Part shown: positions 27,495-41,290 of the stretch, in pieces
Numbering within the stretch: position 1 is the stretch's first letter
Layout: each line of letters starts with the position of its first letter
Assembly: GCA_003344405.1 (NCBI GenBank)
Contig: NOWV01000101.1
Span: forward strand, 1-64,000
Length of the DNA: 64,000 nucleotides
Direction of reading: 5' to 3'
Source: Trichoplax sp. H2
Lineage: Eukaryota
Position numbers and translations under genes: made by a program
The notes under the pieces: generated by a model
Databases searched by the model: none
What the model saw: only the letters and a program-made list of their open reading frames with translations
Told to the model about the DNA's origin: nothing

Positions 27495-30400
27495 CTAAAT
27501 CGAATTAAAATAGCATTTCCAAATGTCCAGTGATTTGCTTGCAGCTTTATTGGGATCCATGATTTCATGGCTACCAAGGACATAAAAACAAGTCATACCC
27601 GTGGGAATGGGTGGCTCTTGATAGGAATTCGTTTCTTGCTCTTGTGAATCCGATGTTGTTGATTGCTGGCTATCGCCTGATACTATAGATAATGCATCGG
27701 GAGAATAATTCCCTCCTAATCGGCTATTAGCTGGAGCAACAGAAAGCCGTTGAATATGAGGGGTAGATAAGTTAGCAACTAACTTTTCATGGTTTTCGCC
27801 TGTATTATCGGAAAGAAAAGTAGCTGGCGAAGAGCCGGGCCTTAAATGAACTAACCAACTCGATTGATTCAATTGAGCTGGTAGCATAAAGGATGATATC
27901 GATAGTAAAACATGACGGGAATAAGGCAAAGGAATTTCAATACCAGTACGATCTAACTGTATTTTACGCCAATGAGTTGTTCCTGGGTTTATATAGTGAA
28001 TTTTAAAATTTGAAAATAAGAACGAAGTAAAGTTTTTAGAGCTCACTTACTACAAAATTCATTTAAACGAGAATAATGACGTTAAAACTAGAGTTTCAGA
28101 ATTACTAATGAGTATTTTGACGTCAATTTCAAGCAATAGTTTGAATAATTAATATATTGATGGTGCTGACAGTAAAGAGAATCTATTACTCTCTTACCAA
28201 AATCAAATAACCATAAGTCGGTCATTATAACTCCGTAACTTTCACCACCAAGTATTGCCATTCCGTGACTCGTCTATAGTGTCGAGATAACAAGAATTTA
28301 TCTCTTATTCAACCACTAAATATTTCTGATATTTAATTGCCATCAAGAAATATGAATCCATTTGGGAATATGTTCGTTACCTTAACTGCAGAATGTTTAC
28401 AGAGTGGTGGGGGCCCAGATTTCGATTTAATACGTCTCCACTGTTGTTGTACTTTAAATATGAACAGAGCTTCATTAAGAATATTTTATAATTCCAAACG
28501 CTTATTTTACTAATTTAAATGAAGCAGTAATGTGGCATATAATAAGAGTTATACTTATTAATCTACTATTATTAGTATATTTATAACCAAATAAACCAGA
28601 GCAGAATCGGATGATCATTCGATCATAAAATAGCGATAAATATATAGCCTATGCTGTATTTTGCAATCTATTCTAACTACTATTTACATTATCATTTCAT
28701 AGAAATGACCGATTAAAATAGGCTCGAATCTACTATCAAAATCATTTTGATACCATTCTATTCGTAATTCTTGATACAAAATTTTAACTCTACAGTACAA
28801 TGATATTAGAAATACTTACCAATATCCCATTTCCACAAGTCATTTGTAACATTTAAATCATTCAAGCCGCCAAATATCCAAAGTGCATTATCATGTACAA
28901 CTGTAGTATGAGCGTAACGACCAAGTGGACTATTACTATCTTTGTAATCAAGCGGATAGACTAATTCCCAGGTATCTGATTCTGTGCGTAAAATACAGAA
29001 GTAAAATCCGCTTAAAATCAAATAATATAAAACGAATTTCCAGGAATAGCAAAGGGCATCACTATAAGATTAGGTGGGATTTAACTGATATTATCTCATT
29101 CAAGCAATTTATAGGCTTAATTAATTATTATTAATAATGGACTGAGTAAGCATTTCATGAAGATAAAATCAAAAACGTCCATTTATTCAAAATATACGAT
29201 ATAACATAAGTGAAAGCAGCAGATTGCAATAAACTTTATAAGAATCGAAAGATATACTTTCGGTAAGTCTTATGTTGTAATATTAAAGTTAAACAAGAAA
29301 TTATTCATTCCGGATAGGCTGAATCGAAATATCTGTATAACTTATGAAATTACAATTGTAATTCAAGTATAATATCAACATAGGAACATTTAAAATATTT
29401 ACCGAAAGCATATGACCAAAGCTCATTTGTAGAGCCTCTAAAATCAATATAGCCACCAAAAATGTACATAGCCCCATTTATAATAGATGCTGTATGATTT
29501 CGTCTAGTAGAAGGAATCTATTTCATTATATGATATGTAACCAAGATGAGTTAGTTTGAACTAGGGAATAATATAATACAATTAATGAAATTTATAATCA
29601 ATAGGTCCAAAATTAAACTATAAACTAACCATGCTACCATCAGGTTCAAATGGAGACCATAAATTAAATTCTAATTTAGTCCATTTTAAATATCGAAAGA
29701 AATTAATAAAGAGTTTCAATTATTATATAATTTCAACATCATATGGCGATAATCTTCATTATTATATACCAAAGTTATAAATCCAAAATGAAGCTTCATC
29801 TTGATCACTAAATTGACCACCAAATAAATATAATTTGTTCTGTAATTCATCAGTAGAAAAGAATAACAATTTATTAGATTGGTTTTATTAGAATTAGTTT
29901 ACATCTAATACAGTCATTGCTATTCTGCAAATCAGGAGAAGATAATATCGATAGCTTACTCTATAAACTACAGTCGTTTGCCCATGTCGAGATGATGGTG
30001 AATAATCGTTTCTAGGCTGGACATTTTCCCAATTTTCATTAACTAAAGGAAAAAACAACAATAAATGATAGCTGAAATCCATATTTTCAATTCTTATTCA
30101 TAGCCTCAATGTCGATTCTCTAAATCCCTAAACCATCGTATAAAGTAATAGAAACTAAATTTCTAGCCCTAATATATGCTACGTACGAAACCATATCCTA
30201 TAGATAGTAGAGAATGGCATTTATTCTTAGTAATAAACGCTATTGACTAATGTACAAATATTTTCATGAAGTGAACGAATGATATGAAGTACTATAGATA
30301 CGACTTTATAGTATTACTGGTGGTATTTTATGGAAATGCATAACTCAAACTAATTTTTAATATTGCACCAATAGAATTACCTCCTTTTCCATTTTAAAAG

Positions 30401-30727
30401 ATGAAGGCAAAAATAAACTTACATAAATTAAATTTCCAAAAATCTCTTAGAGTTGAATATTTTGTTCTTCCACCATAGACATAAATACAACCATTGTAAT
30501 AACAAGCAGAATGTTGGCTGCGTAGTTCAGGCGATAGATCATATTGGCTGGCTTTATAAATCCAATAAGATCGAGGCACTATGGATTTATCTATAAGCAG
30601 GAAAACGAATTTATTATTCTATATTACTATATATTTAATATATAAACTAAGTATTTTATGCTTCTAGATAGAGTGAATAGTAAATTTCGTATAAAATGAA
30701 ATTATTTTTACCACGTCCACTAGCCAT
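27495..30727 (-). CDS. Kelch-repeat beta-propeller protein with a Ser-rich C-terminal tail; ~10 exons, first exon tentative
   Basis: Phase-consistent GT-AG exons: 30712-30727 (MASGR, tentative), 30423-30590, 29960-30042, 29770-29839, 29630-29670, 29403-29517, 28820-28981, 28381-28451, 28198-28273 and 27495-27982. They give kelch blades such as RSQHSAC..IYVYGGR..DFWKFN, RHGQT..LYLFGG, RRNHTA..MYIFGGYIDFRG..ELWSY, RYAHTT..LWIFGG..DLWKWD and LCKHSA..ILGG..DLWLFDF. Confidence 0.88.
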
Positions 30728-30938
30728 AAGTTAAGCTATCATATTCTATAGTCATGCTATATACGTGTATTACTTTTTTCCCAATATACAACCTGAAATA
30801 GTAACAACCTGACAGAACACTTTATAATATAATAACTTTTAGTGGTAAATTCGAAAGTAAGGTGCTAAATCAAAAACTAACTCAAATTAAAATTAGTTTA
30901 AAGAAGAATATGTACAATTATCGAAATTGTTTGAAGGC

Positions 30939-33900
30939 TTATTCCTTCGGATCTATATACAACAATCTGAAATCTATCCTAAGCGTAGAATACTTTTAAA
31001 GACATTCTATCATGCTATTTCATCTCCATATCGTAAAGAGTATTTATATAATACTATGATGTCATAGCCAACTCGGAGCAAGAAGATTACTAGATGAAAT
31101 TTAAACTGTAAAATAATAACCCTGGGAAAGCTAACAAGCTTGAATACCCATTGTTAACAGGTACAGTCGATAACTTACTTGTTTCACTAATAAGTTTTTG
31201 ATCTTCTGGTCTGTTTTGATGTATCCAGTTTTGTTTTTTAAGAGGGGGTAAACTAAATTTACATGGAAACAATCAAGATCAACTTTGATGTTAAAATTGA
31301 GGAAACAGTTTCTTCTCTTGTATAAACTTCGACATACCCATTTCTTCCAAATTGCCAGCTGGTATTATTATTTGTGGTTGTTGACTGATTTCATTTATTA
31401 GGTAAGATATAGAAGAAATAGATTGGAAAACTATAGAAAAATCGATTGTAATCATATAAAGATAAATTTTTAATAATTTACTTGGTGATTAAAAACCACG
31501 TCTGGTAATCGATTAAATACACACTCCATGAGGTAAGGATTGGCATCAATCCATCGTGAAAATTCCATAAAAGAAAGCTTTCCAGTCTATTAAGCATTCC
31601 ATTGCGATACATACAACGTACGTCATGAAACATTTTAAATTGTCTTTACAACTGTTCTACATGAACATTTACATAAGTTACCAGTAACTAACAAACGATA
31701 TGTAACTTTATTGGAGGCAATTTTAATGGTACTAATCACTAATTACATTATTTGCTTTTATCTAGTTTAATTACAAACTTGAGCAAAATTAAGCTTATAT
31801 CGATTAATTTTTGTTATTATTCTATACAGAGAATCGAAGAAGGCTTACATGATTCTTGTGGTATGTATGGTATGCATCCCTCATTATATCTTCAATATTC
31901 AGATTCAAGTTGGGATCTGACACATTAAAATTACGAAAAGGAAACCTTAATTAATTTACAGTTAGTTTTTCTGTATTCTAAATTAATTTATCGCGTTATA
32001 AAGAATAATGTAAATTGGTAAGTCTTTAACTTTTACCTTTGCCATGAAGAATTACTGATTTAAGGACTGTTAGCATATCCGATTCTATAATACCTTCACG
32101 ACCTACATGATATGTATATAACACGTCAATTTATGAAACTCTTATGGTACTGTCTTAATATTAAGTAAATTACACTAAAGTAATTGCTAGATCCAATACG
32201 TTAGATGAATACTCAGATATACACTGTTATTTTATAATGAACATAGAGCATAAAAACTCTTCTTGCAATTTATCTACTTTGTATTTATTTGTATCGTACA
32301 AATAAAGATTGATTACCTGATAAATTATACTAGAAACCATATTAGTATAACATCATAACAAAATTGCCAGTTCAATCATCAAGTGCCATGTCATTGAAAA
32401 ATACAAATTAGAAAGTTTATGATTCTATTTATTGTTAGTAATTTCATCTTTATTTAAATAGATGTCTATAAAATTTACTAATAGCAACAGCTACGGAAAG
32501 AGCTTACCATTCTATATAGTATTTTTTGCTTTTCTCGTTTGGTTGCATATATACAAGTAGCTAATCCATCTGTAGCAAAAGTAACCAAGATTAGATGTTA
32601 TTTTATATGGCAAACTTTGTATAGGAGTACTCTCCGTGGTAGAGTAGAGAAGCATGCATGAAAACAGTTATGCAGTGATAATACTAAATTCAATTGCGGA
32701 TTATAATATGATTTAATTTTCATTACTGCAATTGTAAATTAAATGTAAATCAGAGTAAGATAACATTAAATTTTTTATGGTATGAAAGTTTACTACACTT
32801 GTTAATGTATAAACTTAAAACATGTATCGATATAAATTAGAATTAGATATTCTATAGATGCTGTTGCGTAAAAAATTGTGACATATGTTGTTCATCCAAT
32901 TATCCACATACAGTATAAGAGAATATTAAGTGAGAAACAGAACTAGATTTTATAATTTAGAAATTTGTAAGTTTATATTATCAAAAATTGATCAAAGCTC
33001 TATAAACTTTCTAAATATCGATATTGAATAATGTACTATCGACATGTTAGAGCTGCAACAGTACTTTTATGACATTAATTTCATCTAAAATCAGGCCTTC
33101 TAGCAAGATTATATTTCTAATCATTTCAAGTCAATCAAGTATGTAATCCTACCTATAAATTCTTCCTGACTCAATCGGTTATCTTTGTCAGTATCTAATA
33201 TTGTAAACAGTCTACGCGATAGGATTCCTTGCAAGTGGAAACATTGAATGCTGCAAAATGGCATAATTCATGTTAAGATAAAATAGCTTATAGAATTCGA
33301 GTAAGTCCAGTTTACTTTAAGCAAGCATTTAAATATCGTGATAATTAGTTTTAGCCATTTCTTTTGCATTTATGTAATTAAAAAAGTGGTTAATGACATT
33401 ACATATAGCATTAGCATAGTAGAGATATCTGTTAGTTACAAGATGTAAGAGCTTTGGCTAATTTAAGCCTAATTCTAAAGCAGTCTCATAGTTATACTCG
33501 TATGATCAGCGCATCGGAAAGTTAATGTAGATTGCTATCACAGAATGAAAGTAGAATAGCTTGGATCTGGAGCAAGAAAATGCTGAGATCATATAAAAGT
33601 GATGTAGATTATACTGAATTAATTTCTAACATATTTATTGGCGATCTGCATTACTCGTATATGGGAAAGCTTATGTACTATAGCAATAAAGCGAAGAACC
33701 TTGGTTCAACTGTTAAAGTTAAGATACTATATTTAATTGAAGCGCACATAAAATTAATATTCTGCGGAGAAATAATTATTTAAAGGAAGTAATAGCTGCC
33801 TAAAAACTTTACCCGCAGAAAGAAATTGTAGTTAGGTATTCTCTATCGTAGAATTTATCACAATCTTAAACTTACAATGATCTCATATCCACCGAGCCTG

Positions 33901-36900
33901 ACGTTGATGACAGCTTGGAAAGAGAGTTGAATACTTGGACGAAAGGAATCATTTCATCTTCTTTTACTATAAAGGTTCAAGAAAGCGGAATTGATATCAT
34001 TAAGAGGTTGAAAGTATTATTTATACTCTGATAGAAAATATGATACTATCATTATATCGCTTATAAGCAGATTCGACTGAAATCATGATCTCTTTATCTT
34101 GTTTTATAACTATCCATATCACGAAAGAAATTAATAGTAACCATGAGAACTAATATTATTTAAAGATGGAAAATTTTATTCATACTTTCCTAGAAATTAT
34201 GATACTTTTGATATTTGGTTTATGAGGAGATTTAAGAAATAATAATCAATCTCTTTATCCTATTTTTATAACTATCGGGGAAGAAATGGATGATAGCCAC
34301 ATGAATTAATATTATTTAGAGATGGAAAATGTTGCTCATACTGTAATAGAAATTATGATGCCTTTGATATTTGGTTTATAGGCAGATTTAAAGAATAATA
34401 ATCATTCTCTTTATCCTCTTTTATAACCATCACTATCACAGAAGAAATGGATGATAGCCACAAGAATTAATATTATTTAGAGATGGAAAGTTTTATTCAT
34501 ACTCTGCTAGAGACCATGAAACTGCTGATATCTCGCCTATGGCGATAGTTAATGGTTAAAAAGCGATCTGTATCTATCTCCTACTATCAAATGGTAATAC
34601 TATCTGTTAAATGAGCACATTATCGTAAACCGTCAGCAAAGCGACGGGAGTTTGCACTAGTATATCTGAATCTTAGACTTGGTTAATGTTAGTATATGAT
34701 AGAAATCATGATACTTCAGTCATCTCGTTTATAGATAGATTTAAGAGATCAAAATCAATCTGCATATCGTATTTTATAACTATCGCAAACATAGAAGAAA
34801 TTGATGTTAGCTATAGAAATAATTAGTTTTGAGTATAATCAACAGCCCAGAATATCCAGTAAACATAAACAAAATAAAATGATGGCCAAAAATATAAAGA
34901 CGATATTAGCTATAGTCAGAAATGAATAGGCGTAGACTTTAATGACATCATTCAATAAGAAATGATTATTTACAGTACTTGTACTTTTATGCTTTAGGCA
35001 ATAGAACTGATATTCAATAGAGCAAATAAAGGATTTATTATACTTGCATGCCACTAGTAATATCCAAGAAGATAAATACTAACAATAGTATCGTTGCATT
35101 TACCGATTAATGGAGACAACTAAATATAACAAAGACTATTCTGATCGAAACGGAATACATGTTTAGGTAAGCAAGTTTTGAGATCGTTATAGTAGGCAAA
35201 GGATAACTGCTGAATAGTATCACTACATTTATAGATTCATGGAGAGAACTAAATATAACAAAGATTACTCTGATCGAAATGCAATACTTGTTTAGGTAAG
35301 CAAGCCTTGAGATGGTTACAGTAGGTAAAGGATAACTGCTGAATAGTATCACTACATTTATAGATTCATGGAGAGAACTAAATATAACAAAGATTACTCT
35401 GATCGAAATGCAATACTTGTTTAGGTAAGCAAGTCTTGAGATGGTTATAGTAGGCAAAGGATAACTGCTGAATAGTATCGTTGCATTTATAGATTAATAT
35501 ATTAATGGCGAGAAATAAGCACAATAAAGACCATTCTGTTCCAAACGGAATACTTAATTTAGGTAGGCAAGTACTGAGATGGCAAGTAAAGGAAAACGAC
35601 TGATACTAGTGAAGTGATCGTTCTTTGAGAATATTGCTTAACGTTTAGCTGGAGAAGCTAGATGATGACGATAAAACGGTAAAATATAGTTTGTTATTAG
35701 TATGTCTTTCCAATTTGACGATAGAAATTAACTTTGTAGGACATTTTCATAACAGTCTAAAACAAATATTTTTAAGGACGTTTGGCCTTTTTCAATTAGC
35801 CGATAGACAGTGCCCGAGCTTTATAACAGTCTAGGAGAAAAGCATTTCAATTATGTCTAATCTTTCTAATAACAGATCATAACATTAACGGAGTTTTAGA
35901 ACAGCCTTTGAGCAATCAAGAGATACTTTTGAACAGTGCTGCGATTCACTGGAAATAGGAAAATCGATGAGTTCTATTAGATTCTCTGTGATTTTCTCCC
36001 ATAAATGGATCAATACGTACTGTGTAGGAAATAACAAAAGAGGCCAAGAAAGTAAACTAGAACTAGTAAAACCCCCAAGTACTAATGATTATATAGAAAT
36101 AGAGAAGGATTTTAAACTATGTTTTGCCTTTCCAGTCTGCCAATAATTTATAAAGATGTGAGAATGGGAATTTGACAGCATTGATGGTTACAAATGGTAG
36201 AATGGCTAAAAGTTCTGATCCTAAAAAAGAATGGAGTAGATGCATCAAATTGTGCTGTAGTTGATCTTCTCGAACGTTTACCCAATCAAGCAATCAACAG
36301 GAGCTACAGGAGTGAACGAATACTTACGACTAGAAATGGCAAAAGAGTTGCAAATTCTCATAGCCAAAATGTCTTTTCTAATCGAGCAATATGTATGACA
36401 TGTAACTGGCTTGATTAAGTTAAAGTTGTACACAGTCTTTAGTCCATTTTAAAGGTTTCAAATTGAATATAGAATAGCAACATGGGGAAATTTGAATCGC
36501 CAATGATCTAATTTGTAAATGGATAAGAGTCGGGTAGTAACTCAAGAGAAATGATGCTAAAATTTTATTACAGTTTTCAATTGTAGGCATGGCAAAACGA
36601 ATGAAGTGTCCTTAATTTATTTGATTTTCTTCCGTTAATCGATAAGTAAAAATTATTGCAGCAAGGTGAGAAATTTCAGTCACTGTTTTCCAGAAATCGG
36701 AATAATTACCAGTGATAAATTGCTGTAGATGCAAGATTCTCTTATTTGAACTACCAATATTGTTAGTCTTGAGTATTAATTTGTAGTATGTGAGTAATAA
36801 AAGGTAGGAATTTGAATGATTGGAAATAGTCGAATAAAATTAGTCGTAATTCATTTGTTACTGGCTAGAAATTGAAATGTAAATGATTAACCTAGGGGAA

Positions 36901-39130
36901 TTGTAACCACCTTTAGTCATTTATATTTAGGCGATTACTTTCAATGTAGACTATCAGAAAAACTCACCAACTAGAAATAGTAGGGTACAGGGATGATAGA
37001 ACTAAATTTAATCTTTCTGCTCAAGTAATCAACTGTAAACCTACAAAAGAGAAATTTTGATGATGACAGATGTCAGAAATTCACTTGGTAAAGCCGTTTT
37101 CGAACGATTAAGGTATGAAATAGAAGTGGACAGAATGTGAAAATCTTGACAGCCAGGAAAGATGAAATGATTCAACCTAACCATGACTAATTTTTACGAA
37201 AATCTTGATAATTATGGATGATAAAATGGCTCAATTTAGCCATGGTTTGGCTTCACAAATTGGAAAAGTTATAGTATTAAATTCTCGTATCTCGCTAGTA
37301 AAAGCTAGCCGATAAATTGATCTTGAACAAGCCTTGAAATAAATTAAGATTCAGTCATGCTTAGCAATTGCAACATCGCGTGTAAAATTGTCAATAACCA
37401 GTGACTGCAAGAAATAAACTCCTATCTAGTCTAGAAATCTCATTAGCAAATGATTAATAGCTAACAGATTGACTTTGAGTAAAAATAAATTGAATTAAGA
37501 TTCAATCATTTTATGGTTTACTTTAATTTGTTAACTCCCTACAATCAGGTACTAAATAGAATTGAAGGGCAATCCAGTCTAAAAATCTCATGATTAAAAT
37601 GTTCCATTGACTTTAATAAAACAATAAGCTGAATTTCCAGTCATATTTTAGCTTTAGTAAATTCAGTCGCAATTCCTCAGCGAATAGGGAACGAAGTAGA
37701 GCTAAAGTAAGGTAGAGTTTGAAAGCCTTGATACGAGTAGTTAAAAATGATTCATGGATTAATTGTAAACTACTGACGAAATGAGTTAATATCTAGCTAT
37801 TAAGTTATTATTATTATTAACATCTAGTTATGTTTCGTTTCCACGAATTTTCTGTAAATTCTTAGCAGGCAGTCAATGAAATAAGTCTAGACGACGACAC
37901 TGTCAGAAAATTGTTCAAGTGATCCATAGATTAGCTTTAAATGACTGATGAAACGAATCCATATTCATCTATATTTAACCTTAGCCAATTATTTACAAAT
38001 TCTTAGTGAGCAGTGAGCGAAAATAGGCTAAACCACAGTATTCTCCGCAAATCTGGATATTTGAAAATGAGCTATAGTTTGGTTTTTAACGGATGACACA
38101 ATAAATTAAAATTTATTTGGGTTTAGATTTCGTAAACTGGATTGTAAATTCTTTCAACAGACAACGATCAAAAAGACTTTACTGTATATAGGCTGAGAAT
38201 CTTGCAAACAGAAGATAATATTGGCTTTAAGTTAACGACGGAATAAGTTTAAAACGAAATCCTCTCTGCTTTCACCAATTAGTTTAGAAGTACTCGATGA
38301 GTATTGATGGAAAATGCTCGACTCATCATCATGATCAAGTCTCTATTTATTAGTCATTAGACTGCGATGGAAATCGACTAGACTAAGACGTAGTCAAAAA
38401 ATCTCAGTAGTTTAAGAAAGCTAATGGACAGTGTTGAGTCATGTTTCACTTAACTCATCTTAAGTAACGGTTATGGCATTACTTGTTCGATTTAATAGGC
38501 AAAAAGAAAGTTAGGAATACTAGTTTACTTTTAAAGAACTCAACCTTGCCAGCAGAAAGACCTTAATCTCCCGCTCTGAATTGAGTTGAGAATTGTAGTT
38601 AAAACCTTTCGATTGAATTGGAGAGTCGGATAGGAGTCCTATTATATGGATCTCTCTATGATAACTTTAGATGAACTAGTTGGGTCAGTAAATAAAGATT
38701 AAGGAAATGATAGAGGAAAAGTAACAATTTACTTTAAGAGAAATAAACACCGAGAGAAACGATTATTTTTTCCCTATTATCTCGGCTTAATTTTCATGTG
38801 AATCAAGATTTGCCACGATTTTCTTTTTCGCATTCACGTTGAATATTAGTTTTAGCATCATCGATTCAAACAGAATGAAAATAGATTTGAAATAGAAATG
38901 AAAACGATAGTAGGGATACGTTCAGTGGTATCAAGTTAATTCTATCCATGGATCACTTATACATTTTATTCCTATGTCTTGAAATAGTTGAACCATTTGA
39001 GCACAGCAATGTTGAAGATATTTCATCACATAACAATCATGCAATCGTATAACTTACGCCATCGACTGGCTTTATAATTATGATTTTCCACATTCTTGGT
39101 CTGTCCAATTCGACTATTCTCTTGACCCAT
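30939..39130 (-). CDS. Predicted N-myristoylated EF-hand Ca2+-sensor-like protein (NCS/calcineurin-B/calaxin-like fold); 3' end uncertain
   Basis: gccATGG start at 39130 (MGQENSRIG). Phase-consistent exons: 39058-39130, 33876-33966, 33153-33250, 32508-32569, 32317-32329, 32037-32102, 31849-31916 and 31482-31586, then tentative 31338-31384, 31179-31252 and 30939-30952. Translation includes LSRRLFTILDTDKDNRLSQEEFIDGL (canonical EF loop), EKQKILYRMYNLSGREGI and YHKNHTGKLSFMEFSRWI. Confidence 0.82.
34005..34830. repeat. Degenerate tandem repeat, ~160 bp x4-5, inside intron 1 of the EF-hand gene
   Basis: tagaaa.tatgatac...gatat...tctttatc...ttttataac...gaaatggatgatagccac...gatggaaa recurs at ~34030, 34190, 34346, 34507 and 34698. 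Confidence 0.8.
35075..35600. repeat. 129-bp tandem repeat x ~4 with near-identical central copies
   Basis: atggagagaactaaatataacaaag occurs at 35239 and 35368 (129 bp apart), with diverged copies at 35110 and ~35505. Confidence 0.92.
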
Positions 39131-40847
39131 GGCGCCTTTCTTAACTTTTCCTTCAGCGATATCGAATTAATCACTCTCCATTATCCTATCCTGGCACATA
39201 CTGCATTTCTAATAGTTATTTCGATTTTCTTCCATCATGACGGCTACAATCATTATGGAATATAAACTAAAGTGCTCCTCCAATACTGTTTATAAAATAG
39301 GGACACTAAGAAGATGAAGGAGAAGATGGAGGTGAATGAGTTCGATGCTCGACCTACTTCTAGCAAGAAAATGGCCCGATTAACTGAGTAAAGTAAGAAT
39401 GACGATCGATAATCAATGACTTTAAACAGCTAAATACATCTAATAGAATGGATAAGCTCTACTCTACATTGAAGATTATCCACCAAATAGTGAAATCTAG
39501 GTATCTATGTAGTCTAAAAGCTAGAATAGGTATGCCGGTACCACACCTAAAGTAATTTTATTTATTATAACCATTGCAAGGAGAATTTTGTCATGATCGT
39601 TGTTAAGGGAGGGGTAGGGCTAATTTAGCTGTTACCATGAGAAGCAAGACAAACAGTTAATTATTGTTATTTCGACATGCATTATTCGCTTCATGAATAA
39701 TTTTCTTTCAATTAGAATTGTTTCTATAAGGATGGGTACTTTAATCAAGCAATCAGGTTATTCTCTCATCAAACACTCCTATAGAGGCGTTAATTAATTG
39801 CATTGAATACCTTTGAGCAGTATCCAGTAGGATAAATTAACTCTTGCATTGTTGCAGTATAAAGATTGCCGAAGCACAAGGCGAGAAATCTAGAAATGAG
39901 GAGGAATACCTGTAATATTAGGGGTTTCAATAACGGATTAATGGTGGAAGCAAAAAGTACACACAAACTACGTACGCTATTACTGAAAACACCTTCTATT
40001 CTGATTCATCAACACTACATCTAATCTGCTAGCTACAACAAGGCTAGGGATCTCCTCGACTTCGTACAGTTTACTTGATCATTATAGATCATTCAACAAA
40101 TTAGTATAATCCTTATAATCTACTTTAGGCAATTTTAATAACTACCAAATTAAGAAGAATTGTTATACTAGAATACGAATACTATAGTATAAAAATGAAA
40201 TATAGTATATCGGCAAAAGTACTTGAACACATTAGGTACATTATCATGATTAAAACTGTAGAGTATTATCTAGATTATGTACTAATAAATAATCCTCATA
40301 ATAAATATGATTACAATCGGACCAAATTAAAATTAAAAAAATTTCCGAAATAAATTAAACCAAATTTATCCATCATTACAATGATTTATCCTGAGAACAT
40401 TAATGTAAGAATAAAGATTGTACAATCTGTACTACTGTATGATTATGTTGCATTCGAAACCTTTGAATGATGTACAATAATTCTACTCTTGGTTTAACGT
40501 TGTTCCACTGTAAATATTAAATATTATCGATAAGCAAGATTGCATTATAAAGATGGAGCAATTTATATTATGATAATGTTGTATTAGAGATCTTTGAACG
40601 ATGCAGAATAATTCTAATTTGGCTGAAACATTATTCCACTTTAAATATTGCTTATAAACGAGGCTGAAATATAAAGACGCGCAGTCTGTATTATGAGCAT
40701 TTTACATTCCAAATCTTTCAACGATAAAAGATAATTCTACTCTTCGTTTCATGTTATTCTGCTGCAAATGATATCTACAAGCAAGGTTGAAATATAATTA
40801 ATTATTCATAAATTAGATTGAAGAATGCTTTCGAGAAAGGACTAATA

Positions 40848-41290
40848 AAAATTAGGATTTGGGAATAGATGTTAAAATTGGTCAATAATGAAAAATTCTA
40901 TACTGGTATCGAATAATTTGGTAAGATGGCTGCTGCCATCCACAGGTATTTCAAGTTAGAAACGCAACCCTATAGTAGATGACAAAGTTTTTAAATGGTA
41001 GAATATTGCAATCACATCTATCACATCTAGTAGAATAACATGGTGACCTATAGGACGTTAAAGCTAGAATAAGGGAAAGGATCAATGATTCAAATTAGAA
41101 TTAGGATTTGGAATAGATAGCAAAGTTTTCAAATGATGAAATATCCTATGCTGATATCAGATAATTTGATAAGATGGATGCTGGCATCGATCGGTATTTC
41201 AGGTTAGAAAAGCAATTTTTTATTACATGACAAAGTTTTCAATGGTAGAATATTGCGATCAAATCTAGTAGAGTAACATCGTGGGCTATA
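40848..41290. repeat. Diverged direct duplication, ~250 bp x2
   Basis: aattaggatttgg...taagatgg.tgctg.catc...ggtatttca.gttagaaa...gacaaagtttt...atggtagaatattgc occurs at ~40850 and ~41099. Confidence 0.8.

Noticed and set aside
35107-35457. 116-aa ORF with an internal 43-aa repeat
   Set aside because: By-product of the 129-bp (3n) tandem repeat inside an intron; no recognisable domain.
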